From the IMG/VR virus record IMGVR_UViG_3300037422_000298: 64,000 bases of DNA, one strand, 5' to 3'. Positions 19,155 to 27,561 of the stretch are shown here, piece by piece (position 1 is the first letter of the stretch; each line of letters begins with the position of its first letter). The notes below the pieces were generated by a model. It saw only the letters and a program-made list of their open reading frames with translations. It made no database searches and was not told the DNA's origin. Position numbers and translations under genes: made by a program. The DNA comes from a virus. Taxonomy: Duplodnaviria > Caudoviricetes.

Positions 19155-19420
19155 GCGATCTCGTCGAGCAGGCGCACGCCGAACAGCTCATGGCCGCGTT
19201 CGCGGTGGTGCTCACGCATCCCGCTGGCTTTGGCATCGAGCTATTTGCCGATCTATGGATCGACCGTCTCGAAGACGGTCGGTTCCGTGTTGCGCGCTAC
19301 GACACCGCAGGGAAGTCCACGCACGAGGAGCTGTTCGACGATGTTCGGTCTGCGGTTGGGTACTACCTCGATCTGCGCGACAACTTGAAGCTGGGCGCCG
19401 ATTACGAGGTCGTCGTATGA
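19151..19420 (+). CDS. hypothetical protein
   Basis: 4-bp overlaps with both neighbours. Confidence 0.6.
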   Translation: MSDLVEQAHAEQLMAAFAVVLTHPAGFGIELFADLWIDRLEDGRFRVARYDTAGKSTHEELFDDVRSAVGYYLDLRDNLKLGADYEVVV

Positions 19421-19584
19421 AGCTCAGCCGTGTGACACGCGATCGATTGTTGCGGGAGCTACTCGTACGGAGCGCTGCTCCGCGCGAGCCGCGCGAACAA
19501 CGTGACCGTGTGTCATCGGTTCTTACCGCAGCAGCGAGCTTGCTGCTGACGATCCTCGCGCTGTATCTGTTCGCGAGGCTCTAG
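19417..19584 (+). CDS. small protein with C-terminal transmembrane helix
   Basis: VLTAAASLLLTILALYLFA hydrophobic stretch. Confidence 0.55.
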   Translation: MKLSRVTRDRLLRELLVRSAAPREPREQRDRVSSVLTAAASLLLTILALYLFARL

Positions 19585-19591
19585 GGGGATT

Positions 19592-20569
19592 ATGGAGATC
19601 ACAGAAGATCAACTGGTTGATGTGATGCTGCCTGCACATGCTGAGACAGAAAAACGGCACAGCGATCAGGTTGTTATGTCGAAGGAAGTCATCGTTCCAT
19701 CGCAGCTGAACGTGCCGAGTACGGCACCACTGCTTCCACCGCGCGCAGGCTGCACGCCTCCGCTCAAGTGGGTCGGCAGCAAGCGTTGGCTCGTGCCGAT
19801 GCTCGCACCGGCCATCTATGAACGCCTCGCCGTCACGCGCGGACGCTACATCGAACCGTTTCTCGGCGGTGGCGCGATCGCGCTCGATCTCGGGTTGCCC
19901 GGTATGATCCTCGGCGACACCTGCAAGCCGTTGATCACGACGTACCAGGCGATTCGGAAGAGCCCCGCGGCCGTGGCATGGGCGCTCAAGGCGCTCGTCG
20001 ACAAGGGCACCGACAAGGAAAGCTACCTGCGCGTGCGCGCGTCCGAGTCATCGAGCCCCGTACTCGCGGCTGCACGGTTTCTCTACCTGAACCGGTTCGG
20101 GTTCAACGGTCTCTATCGCGAGAACAGTAAGGGCAAGTTCAACGTCCCTCACGGCGGCGATCGCTCGAATGCGAGCGTGCCCGGCGTCGAGATGCTCGAA
20201 GCCGTTGCGCAAGCGCTCAAGGGCGCTGACCTGCGTGTCGCCGACTTTCGTGAAACGATCGCGAAGGCTACACAGGGCGACGTTGTCTACGCCGACTCGC
20301 CGTACTACGAGACATTCAGCGACTACACCGCCGGGGGCTTCGGTGAAGACGAACACTTCGCGCTCGCAACGGCGCTATTTGACGCCTGCGAACGCGGCGC
20401 CGTCGTGATCGCATCCAACAGCGACCACGAGCGCATCCGTGAGTTCTACGCATGGGCTTTTGTCACGCCGGTTCATGAACGACACGCCGTGGGCGCAACG
20501 GCGGAGCGGCGCGGACTCCGCGACGCCGTCTTGATCGTCTCTGACGAAACCATTCTACGAGGAGCGTGA
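19592..20569 (+). CDS. dam: Dam-family (D12) DNA adenine methyltransferase
   Basis: PLKWVGSK, YIEPFLGGGA, FLYLNRFGFNGLYREN..GKFNVP; catalytic motif reads DSPY. Confidence 0.88.
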   Translation: MEITEDQLVDVMLPAHAETEKRHSDQVVMSKEVIVPSQLNVPSTAPLLPPRAGCTPPLKWVGSKRWLVPMLAPAIYERLAVTRGRYIEPFLGGGAIALDLGLPGMILGDTCKPLITTYQAIRKSPAAVAWALKALVDKGTDKESYLRVRASESSSPVLAAARFLYLNRFGFNGLYRENSKGKFNVPHGGDRSNASVPGVEMLEAVAQALKGADLRVADFRETIAKATQGDVVYADSPYYETFSDYTAGGFGEDEHFALATALFDACERGAVVIASNSDHERIREFYAWAFVTPVHERHAVGATAERRGLRDAVLIVSDETILRGA

Positions 20570-20570
20570 G

Positions 20571-20840
20571 ATGCCGGTTCGCACGGTTTATCCCGACGGT
20601 CATGTCTTTAGAGACGGCATGACGTTTCAAAATGTCCGCGACGCAATCGTCGCGGCGGGCAAAGCGAACATGTGGCACATCGCGCACGAGATGGCGCAAC
20701 GCTACCGTGTGCAAGACATGATCTGCCTCAAGTGCGGCGTACCGAACTTGGTCTCGTCGCAGCACACCTACTTCACGTATCGCGACAAGGCGATTCGCAT
20801 CTGTCTCAAGTGCAACGGTGGCAACATCACGCTGCGCTAG
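20571..20840 (+). CDS. small zinc-finger protein
   Basis: two CLKC motifs. Confidence 0.65.
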   Translation: MPVRTVYPDGHVFRDGMTFQNVRDAIVAAGKANMWHIAHEMAQRYRVQDMICLKCGVPNLVSSQHTYFTYRDKAIRICLKCNGGNITLR

Positions 20841-21547
20841 CGACGCCGATCCTGACGAAGCCACCAGAAGCTCGTGATGCTATCGAGCGACGCCGGATTG
20901 AGTTGCCCGCGCGACGCCGCTTGGCGTGTTCCGTCTTCAGACAGTCCAAACAGATCGGACAGCTCGCGGTAACCATACGACCATCGATTTCGTCGCGACG
21001 ATCGAACGTGAACGTCGGCAGGGATCACTAGGTTGTCTGGGTGGTTGTTCCACGAGTTGCGATCGATGTGCTCGACCGCGCCTGAACCGATAACGCCGAA
21101 CACCACGCAGCAGATCGGCGTGTACTCGCGTCCGGTCCAGACCATGAAGTGATCGCCGTTGATCTTCGCGAACGGCTGCAGCGGACCGCCGTGCTGATCG
21201 CAGAGACTCGGTTCGAGGAGCGCCGTCTCGCAGCCTGGGAAACCGCACCGATAGAGATCGAAGCGTGGCCATCGTTCACGCCACTCCTTCAACGTCGCTT
21301 CGCCGCGAAGCGCCTGTACGACTTCCTCGTCGGTCAGCTTCATCGACCGTCGTGTGAGTGCTTCGACAACATAGAGCGCGGCCGTTCGTGCGTCGGTCGT
21401 CGTGCGAAGTTTCTTGCGCGTTGTCGACGGTGCTTCGTCAGCCGCGGCGGCGAGATCATCGAACGTGAAAAGTCGACAAGGTCCGCGTTCGCGATGCCGT
21501 TGTCCGAACGTCTTTCGCGGATTCTCGTTGGGTTTGAGAGTTGGCAT
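20837..21547 (-). CDS. HNH-motif protein with HTH-like segments
   Basis: VEHIDRNSWNNHPDNL (HNH_3-like); CGFPGC..LCDQH; start uncertain. Confidence 0.6.
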   Translation of the reverse strand: MPTLKPNENPRKTFGQRHRERGPCRLFTFDDLAAAADEAPSTTRKKLRTTTDARTAALYVVEALTRRSMKLTDEEVVQALRGEATLKEWRERWPRFDLYRCGFPGCETALLEPSLCDQHGGPLQPFAKINGDHFMVWTGREYTPICCVVFGVIGSGAVEHIDRNSWNNHPDNLVIPADVHVRSSRRNRWSYGYRELSDLFGLSEDGTRQAASRGQLNPASLDSITSFWWLRQDRRR

Positions 21548-21607
21548 CGCGTGTCGGTCGCGAGTGTACTTCAAACGTGACCGGGCGCGACGTGAAAGCA
21601 TGACGTC

Positions 21608-21653
21608 GATCGCGCCAGCGATCATCTTGACGACGTGGATCGCTCATGGGATC
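21608..21653. promoter_or_regulatory. two tandem GATC-N8-GATC elements
   Basis: GATCGCGCCAGCGATC (21608) and GATCGCTCATGGGATC (21638) upstream of the Arg-rich operon. Confidence 0.6.
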
Positions 21654-21717
21654 GTCTTTACGTCACACCCGATAGAAGGCCGTCGCCGACTTGAGGGACA
21701 ACCCGCAACAAGAGGAA

Positions 21718-21921
21718 ATGATCATGATCGCAGCAAACCTGGGTGACGGTCTCGGCCGTCGTCGTCGTCGCCGTCGCTCTCGCGGCATGGGCGCGCTCCC
21801 CACCCTCGTCGGCCGTCGCCGCCGGGGCAAGGGCAAGCGCCGCGGTCGCAAGATCTGCATCCGCACGGCCGCGGGCAACAAGGTCTGCGGCACCCGGTGG
21901 CGCCGCCGTCGCCGGAAGTAG
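21718..21921 (+). CDS. protamine-like Arg-rich protein (putative DNA-condensing core protein)
   Basis: AGAGG SD; LGDGLG-R7-SRGMG...VG-R4...R5K; followed by a terminator. Confidence 0.75.
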   Translation: MIMIAANLGDGLGRRRRRRRSRGMGALPTLVGRRRRGKGKRRGRKICIRTAAGNKVCGTRWRRRRRK

Positions 21922-21949
21922 GCCCAGCGTTCCGGCGCTAGCCTGAGAG

Positions 21950-21985
21950 AGGGCCGCGTGCGATACGTCGTACGCGGCCCTTTTT
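21950..21985 (+). terminator. intrinsic terminator
   Basis: AGGGCCGCGTGCGA-tacg-TCGTACGCGGCCCT hairpin followed by a T run. Confidence 0.85.
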
Positions 21986-22016
21986 CGTCGATCCACCTTC
22001 CCGCGCGGGAGATCTG

Positions 22017-22307
22017 ATGCCCACCAAGAAAGTGTCCGCAGCCGACCGGCGACACGCCGACTTCATGATCAAGACGCTCGCGCCTGATTTGAAGGCGAGC
22101 GGGCGCACGCACACCGCCAAGGATGTCGCACGCTGCGGGCGCCTCATGAAGTCGGGTGGCCGCGATCGCGGCTACGCCAACTGGCTCAAGCGCACGTTGA
22201 TCCCAGATCTGCGGGCTTCGGGACAGAAGTACACCGCGAACGATCTCGCACGCTGCGCGCGTACGATCTCGAATCAGCGCAAGCGCCGGAAGCGAAGGGC
22301 GCGCTAA
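22017..22307 (+). CDS. small basic protein with internal duplication and Arg tail
   Basis: TL(A/I)PDL(K/R)ASG...TA.D.ARC twice; ends RKRRKRRAR. Confidence 0.8.
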   Translation: MPTKKVSAADRRHADFMIKTLAPDLKASGRTHTAKDVARCGRLMKSGGRDRGYANWLKRTLIPDLRASGQKYTANDLARCARTISNQRKRRKRRAR

Positions 22308-22537
22308 TGTCGAAGCGCGTCGAGTTCGCTGACCTGCCTGTCGGCTCCTGCTTCGCGTACGACGCGAGCAGCAAGCACGCCACACGGCGCAAGGTCGACG
22401 AGCGCCACACCGTCGTGATCCCCGGCAGTAAGAAGCCGTTTCGCGTCGACGACGTCGAGACGCGTGTCTTCACGAAGGCCTGTCCCGTCAACTTCGGCCG
22501 TCGTCGCAAGCGGCGCCGCACCAAGAGGAGTCGCTAG
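22307..22537 (+). CDS. small basic protein with FG-poly-Arg tail
   Basis: TAATG coupling; ends NFGRRRKRRRTKRSR. Confidence 0.75.
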   Translation: MSKRVEFADLPVGSCFAYDASSKHATRRKVDERHTVVIPGSKKPFRVDDVETRVFTKACPVNFGRRRKRRRTKRSR

Positions 22538-22539
22538 TC

Positions 22540-22818
22540 ATGGCGAAGAGGAAACGGCGCAGGTCTCTGCGCGGCAGCGAAGATCGCTACGTCGTCAGTG
22601 GCCCCGCCACGTGGCGACGCAGCCTCCACGCGTCGAAGAGTGCAGCGATCGATCAGGCGAAGGCCTGCTCGAAGAAGCATCCCAACGCGGTCTGTAAGGT
22701 CACGCAGGGCCTACCCGGCCTGCAGCGCACCGTCGCCGAGTGCAACCGCAACGAGTGCTGGTCCGCTGATGGCGGCGTCGGCAAGCGTCGGCGTCGTCGG
22801 CGCAAGGCGAGGCGCTAG
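22540..22818 (+). CDS. small basic Cys-containing protein with Arg tracts at both ends
   Basis: MAKRKRRRSLRG...GGVGKRRRRRRKARR; GAGGAG SD. Confidence 0.75.
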   Translation: MAKRKRRRSLRGSEDRYVVSGPATWRRSLHASKSAAIDQAKACSKKHPNAVCKVTQGLPGLQRTVAECNRNECWSADGGVGKRRRRRRKARR

Positions 22819-22820
22819 TC

Positions 22821-23153
22821 ATGGCGGGGCGCAAGCGTCGTCGCCGTGGGCTCGGTAGCTCCGAGGCGATCCACACCAAGAAGATGTCCGAAGCGTCGTC
22901 GGAGATCGGACATATGGTCGCGCTCGTCACCAACAAGGCGCGCAACGGCCGGTGTGGTGCCGCGTCGAACGCGTACGGCTCGATGATGACCGCCTATGGC
23001 GAGTACCTCGCACACCAGGGCGCAGGCGGTCGCGCGAGTGCGCCTTCGCATGCTGCATCGATCCGCAAAGCCGCGACCGAGTTCAACAGCGCGTGCCTCG
23101 TCAACCACAGCCACACGATGACCGGACGTCGGCGTCGCAAAGCACGGAGGTAG
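22821..23153 (+). CDS. small basic protein with Arg tracts at both ends
   Basis: MAGRKRRRRGLG...MTGRRRRKARR. Confidence 0.75.
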   Translation: MAGRKRRRRGLGSSEAIHTKKMSEASSEIGHMVALVTNKARNGRCGAASNAYGSMMTAYGEYLAHQGAGGRASAPSHAASIRKAATEFNSACLVNHSHTMTGRRRRKARR

Positions 23154-23156
23154 GTC

Positions 23157-23420
23157 ATGAGCCAACTGCCGGGATCACCCACGTACCGTCTGCGCATTCA
23201 CACTGGTCCGGTGAAGGAAGCGCGGCGTGGATTCGCGCGCGCCCTCAAGCGCGCCAAGGTCAAGGTCGTCGATACGGGCACCGAGCACGTGACCGTCGAC
23301 GTCAAAGCGAACAGCTGCGACGACGCACAGTACCGTGTTGCGAAGGCACTACAAACGAAGGGTCTTCGTCGCATGTCGACGATGGCGTGGAGCGCGAGCT
23401 GTCAGCGGAGGAAGTCGTAA
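23157..23420 (+). CDS. small basic protein
   Basis: GGAGG SD, operon spacing of 3 bp. Confidence 0.7.
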   Translation: MSQLPGSPTYRLRIHTGPVKEARRGFARALKRAKVKVVDTGTEHVTVDVKANSCDDAQYRVAKALQTKGLRRMSTMAWSASCQRRKS

Positions 23421-23424
23421 AGCC

Positions 23425-23778
23425 ATGGCCAAGACACTCGTCAGCGTCATCCGCCCCGGTGACAAAGTCACGATCGTCACGCCGCAGGGTCAACAACGTA
23501 CCGGTCGCGCCGTTATGCGTTCATCGCACGGCGGTTGGGTGCTCAACATGGGCGGCAAGCACGGCACGCCCGGCATCGCCGACGACAGCAACATCGTCGC
23601 GGTCCGCGTTCGTGGAAGTTTCGGCGCCGTCACAAAACGCTGCGAGGTCTTTGCGACAGCCAAGCCGCGCGCGAAGCGTATGGAGTACGCAGGCAGCTTC
23701 GAGTCATGCTCGGCCGCCGAAGACTACGCTGAATACCTGCGCAAGGGTGGTCACAGAGCCCGTGTGAAGAGGCGCTAA
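23425..23778 (+). CDS. small basic two-part protein
   Basis: GGAGG SD; SH3-like first half, GSFG linker. Confidence 0.7.
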   Translation: MAKTLVSVIRPGDKVTIVTPQGQQRTGRAVMRSSHGGWVLNMGGKHGTPGIADDSNIVAVRVRGSFGAVTKRCEVFATAKPRAKRMEYAGSFESCSAAEDYAEYLRKGGHRARVKRR

Positions 23779-23780
23779 CG

Positions 23781-26231
23781 ATGGCCGCGATCATTCCACA
23801 CCTCGAAGTACCGTCCGATATCACGCCACTCGAACGTGCGTACGACATCTGCGCCGGTTCGATCAACGGCGCGTCGCTCGGCGAAGATTTACCATCCTGC
23901 CCGTCGCCAAACGCGGTCCTCGCGGACGCACATGCTGGCTTGCTCGGCATGGTGTACGTGCGTGAGGCCGTGTTCCAGAGCTTGATGACCAAGCAGTTCG
24001 TCGTGCGTCCCGGCGACATCAAGGGCAAGGACACGCGGAACGTTTACCTCGTGCTCGATCAACCGATCGGTCCCGGCCCAGCGTGGAACCCGGCGACGAA
24101 CCCCAATGTGCAGCAATACCAGCTGCTGTCGTGGACGTCGAAGATGAACACGCCGTCGTGGTCATTGCCTGCAGGCTCGCCGCAGATCGGCGGCGCGTGT
24201 CCTGGCGCCGTTGCTGGACAGAGCATCGTGCCGGAGAGCGCGCTGCGTGCAGCCGCACGCCACGTCAACCGCGGGCTCGGGCGTTCCAGCGAGACACCCG
24301 TCAACCTCGCACAGTGTATCTGCGAATTCTGTGTGACCGGTGACACGAAGGTACTCGTCGAGGGTCGTGGTTGGATTCCGATCGAAGAGCTTGTCGGCGC
24401 CAACGTTCGCGTCTGGTCGGGTATCGGTTGGCGCGACACGCATGCTGTGTTTCGCGGCGTCAAACCTACCGTTCAACTGACGACGTCGTGGGGGCACACG
24501 ATCCGCGCGACGGCAGATCACAAGATCTTGACGGTCGATCGCGGCATGGTGCCGATCGAAGAGCTGAAGGAAGGCGATCGTCTCGTTTTCCAGCCGCCTG
24601 AGGAAGGCCGGTGGCCGACAGTGGCGCCGATCGTTGGTTACACGCCGTCAGGACATCACAACGAGATCGACTACGAGAACATGCCGCGTGAGTGGACATT
24701 CCAAGTCGGGCTGTTTGCGGGCTACGTACTCGGCGATGGGAACATTTACGGAGGCAAACACCCAACGGTCAGTCTCGTAGCGTCCGAAGCCGATCGCGAC
24801 GACCTCGAACGTCTGCGCAACGTCGTGAATCGTTGGTGTGAGACCGACGCTTCGGTTACCGTGCGCGAGCACGCGCCCAACGGATTTACATCCAAGTTGA
24901 CGCGTTCGGCGCATCTCGCCTTCCGTGTAAAGGCCATCGCGCAACTGCTCACGGCGATCGGGCTCGACAAGTCCGTACCGCCGGAGGCGCGCCGCGTCCC
25001 GAACACGTTATGGACGGCGACACAGGAGGGCGTTCGCGGATTCCTCTGCGGGCTCTTCTCGACTGACGGGTCAGTGAGCCTCTCCAGTTCCAAGTTCGAG
25101 CTGTCTCTCGCGTCCGTCTCCGAGACATTGCTGCGCGATGTTCAGCTATTGCTCATGAGCTTCGGTATCCGCTCGACGATCTGCGCCTACGAAACTTCGA
25201 ACAGGCGGCGGGTCGTACAAGGTTACCGCCCGCTCTATAAGCTCTCGATCAGTAGCATCGGACACGTTCGACTGTTCGCAGATCGCATCGGTTTTTGGAA
25301 TGCGCGCAAGCACGCCAAGCTCCTCGAAGGCCTCGAACAGAACGCTGACGTCACAACGCAGCAGAAGTACCCCAAGGTTGAGGCAATCACCTGGCTCGAT
25401 GAAGAAGAGGCCGTCTACGACCTCATCAACGTCGGTGAAGAGCATCACTTCGTCGCCAACGGCATTACCGTGTCGAACTGCTACGCAACAGGCGGCCAGT
25501 ACAGCACCGGCCAAGTTCAGTTCGCGCAGTTGTTGCGCTTTCTGTGGGCACGTCAGGCGATCAACTTTCCGGCGCAGGCACCGGACGGCTCGATGTCGAC
25601 GGCGTTCGTCGAGACGATGGTCTACGCGATCAACAGCGCGGACTACAAGCTCGGTGGTGGCACCGTCAAAGGCGAGGGTGCCGAGGCGACGCAGGATCTG
25701 CCGCCGGAACCGAGCGGGCGACGCTTCTTCCGCATTCACGACTCCGGTGACTTCTTCGAAGAGGAGTATCTTCGGCAGTGGAAGGCCGTCGCCGATCGAC
25801 TGCCCGACATCACATTCTGGGCACCGTCGCGCATCTGGGCCACGAGCTGGGGCACCGACGCCGTCAACCGCTACAACCGTGACCAACGAAACCTGATCAT
25901 TCGACCGAGCGCCTACGAAGTGAACGAGCACGGTCCCGAGAACCTCGGGCCAGGCTGGGCAGGTCCGACGACGGTGATCGCTGTGCAGCAGAACCTCGGC
26001 ATGACGCCGGAGCGCGAACAGTACGTCTACGATCGCGCCGCGCGTTTCCCGCCAAAGATGACCGGTCCGGATCCGCGCTACACCTGGAACTGTCAGGCAT
26101 ACGCAACCGAGGATCAGAAGCACACGTGCCGCAAAGCCGTCGCACCGCCCGGCTTTGGCGGCCCTGACGGCAAAGGCTGTCGTGCGTGTTGGGTCGCGAC
26201 CGACGAAATCGTCAACTACTCACTGCACTGA
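23781..26231 (+). CDS. phage GP88-like protein (radical-SAM-like Cys motif) containing an intein
   Basis: SKM..SWSLPAG..CPGA, spliced CEF|CYA, FRIHDSGDFF, C-terminal C..C..CRAC. Confidence 0.75.
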   Translation: MAAIIPHLEVPSDITPLERAYDICAGSINGASLGEDLPSCPSPNAVLADAHAGLLGMVYVREAVFQSLMTKQFVVRPGDIKGKDTRNVYLVLDQPIGPGPAWNPATNPNVQQYQLLSWTSKMNTPSWSLPAGSPQIGGACPGAVAGQSIVPESALRAAARHVNRGLGRSSETPVNLAQCICEFCVTGDTKVLVEGRGWIPIEELVGANVRVWSGIGWRDTHAVFRGVKPTVQLTTSWGHTIRATADHKILTVDRGMVPIEELKEGDRLVFQPPEEGRWPTVAPIVGYTPSGHHNEIDYENMPREWTFQVGLFAGYVLGDGNIYGGKHPTVSLVASEADRDDLERLRNVVNRWCETDASVTVREHAPNGFTSKLTRSAHLAFRVKAIAQLLTAIGLDKSVPPEARRVPNTLWTATQEGVRGFLCGLFSTDGSVSLSSSKFELSLASVSETLLRDVQLLLMSFGIRSTICAYETSNRRRVVQGYRPLYKLSISSIGHVRLFADRIGFWNARKHAKLLEGLEQNADVTTQQKYPKVEAITWLDEEEAVYDLINVGEEHHFVANGITVSNCYATGGQYSTGQVQFAQLLRFLWARQAINFPAQAPDGSMSTAFVETMVYAINSADYKLGGGTVKGEGAEATQDLPPEPSGRRFFRIHDSGDFFEEEYLRQWKAVADRLPDITFWAPSRIWATSWGTDAVNRYNRDQRNLIIRPSAYEVNEHGPENLGPGWAGPTTVIAVQQNLGMTPEREQYVYDRAARFPPKMTGPDPRYTWNCQAYATEDQKHTCRKAVAPPGFGGPDGKGCRACWVATDEIVNYSLH
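24330..25478 (+). mobile_element. intein with LAGLIDADG homing endonuclease (383 aa)
   Basis: starts CVTGDT, TADHKI block B, GYVLGDG and FLCGLFSTDG, ends TVSN followed by Cys. Confidence 0.9.
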
Positions 26232-26236
26232 TCATC

Positions 26237-26731
26237 ATGCCGAAGAAGAAATCAACCAAGCCGACCGTGAAGCCTGCAAAGCCTGCGAAGGCTGCGAAGG
26301 TGCCAAAGGCGCCGAAGTCCAATGCGACTGACGTTCCGTGCCTTCGCGTCGTCGTTGGTGGTCGACAAGGCAAGACCGGCCAGACCGACGCGAATACGTG
26401 CGCGATCGTCGGTGAGAGTCGCGGAAGCGTCACGAAGTTCGATCTCAGACGCGAATACGGCTCGACCAGCAAGACTGTCGCGACGCCGAAGAAGAACAAG
26501 CCGTGCTTGAACGCGCTCAAGCGTAAGGGTTGTCCGGTACAGCTCGCGTTCGACGACGGTCAGCCATTTCTGCGCTTCTGTCGCGCGAACGGCGAAGCGG
26601 GCTACCGTGTCGACGTCAACTCGCCTGCGGAAGCCGTCGAGAAAGCCAATGCAGCCTGTGGTACTTGGACGGCCACCGGCAAGTTCGATTTCCCGCCCGA
26701 GACGCCGTTGCGGGGACGGCGACGTAAGTAA
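26237..26731 (+). CDS. basic protein with histone-H1-like K/P/A-rich N-terminus and LRG-RRRK tail
   Basis: KPAKPAKAAKVPKAPK; ends PLRGRRRK. Confidence 0.75.
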   Translation: MPKKKSTKPTVKPAKPAKAAKVPKAPKSNATDVPCLRVVVGGRQGKTGQTDANTCAIVGESRGSVTKFDLRREYGSTSKTVATPKKNKPCLNALKRKGCPVQLAFDDGQPFLRFCRANGEAGYRVDVNSPAEAVEKANAACGTWTATGKFDFPPETPLRGRRRK

Positions 26732-26758
26732 CGATCGCGTGCGCGATCGTGGTACGTT
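26732..26758 (+). promoter_or_regulatory. GATC-N8-GATC palindrome followed by -10-like TACGTT
   Basis: CGATCGCGTGCGCGATCG in a 51-bp intergenic gap. Confidence 0.6.
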
Positions 26759-26782
26759 GTAGCTACCGAAGGAGCTGACCCA

Positions 26783-27238
26783 GTGCCACACGTGTTCACC
26801 CTAGAAGGCGCCAACCTCGGTGCAGAGCCCGTGAACTTTCCCGAGGCCGGTCAGCCCATCGCACCACATCAGGCGATCGTCGGTCCGACGCGCGTCGCGC
26901 CCATGGTCTACGGCCCCGGCGGTACACCGATCATGTATCGGCGTCGCTATCCAGCACGCGGTCCCGTCTGCGACTACTGCGACCCCGACTACTTCACCGT
27001 CATGAACGGAGGACAGACCGTGATTCCATACCGTCAACAGCAGCTCGGTGACAGCGTCGAGGCCTTTCTGGAGCGTCAGTCCGATACCAGCCGGACTGTC
27101 ATGGTCGTAGGCGGCGCACTTGGCGTTGGTGCAGCTCTCGCGACGCTCGGCGTGTGGCTGTACTACAAGATCGGCTACAAGCCGAAGCGCAGCGCAAGCG
27201 GCTGGGGCGATAGTGGTTGGGGCGGATGGAAGTGGTGA
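26783..27238 (+). CDS. membrane protein (single C-terminal TM helix)
   Basis: AAGGAG SD; VMVVGGALGVGAALATLGVWLYY followed by a basic tail; NLGA and QLGD motifs. Confidence 0.75.
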   Translation: MPHVFTLEGANLGAEPVNFPEAGQPIAPHQAIVGPTRVAPMVYGPGGTPIMYRRRYPARGPVCDYCDPDYFTVMNGGQTVIPYRQQQLGDSVEAFLERQSDTSRTVMVVGGALGVGAALATLGVWLYYKIGYKPKRSASGWGDSGWGGWKW

Positions 27239-27239
27239 C

Positions 27240-27557
27240 GTGCCACAGCGCATTTCACTGATCGTCAAGGGTCCGCTCAAGAGCGCGCGTCGTGCGGCGC
27301 AACGTCACGGCGTAACGGTAGAGTCGTGCCGTGTCGTCGGCTCTGGCGCCGCGCTTCCCAAGCTCGCAGGCGATGTGCAGTGCTACGCGAAGTGCAGTAC
27401 GTCGATGAACCGTAAAGTCGTCGACTGGTTCAGTGATCGCGCACGCGCCAAGGCAGGTCGCGGCCACCCACCAGGGACGTTGCTGTATCACGGCAGCCTC
27501 TGCGAAGAGGATTTCGGTCGCCGCAAGAAGTCGCGCAAACGTCGCCGCCGTCGTTGA
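27240..27557 (+). CDS. small basic protein with FG-poly-Arg tail
   Basis: ends EDFGRRKKSRKRRRRR. Confidence 0.7.
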   Translation: MPQRISLIVKGPLKSARRAAQRHGVTVESCRVVGSGAALPKLAGDVQCYAKCSTSMNRKVVDWFSDRARAKAGRGHPPGTLLYHGSLCEEDFGRRKKSRKRRRRR

Positions 27558-27561
27558 TCGC

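Noticed and set aside
21663-23767. Arg-rich ORFs as artefacts of GC-rich off-frame translation
   Set aside because: Off-frame ORFs here are indeed Arg-rich, but these genes tile head-to-tail with SD sites, an internal protein repeat and a terminator, with no better competing frame.
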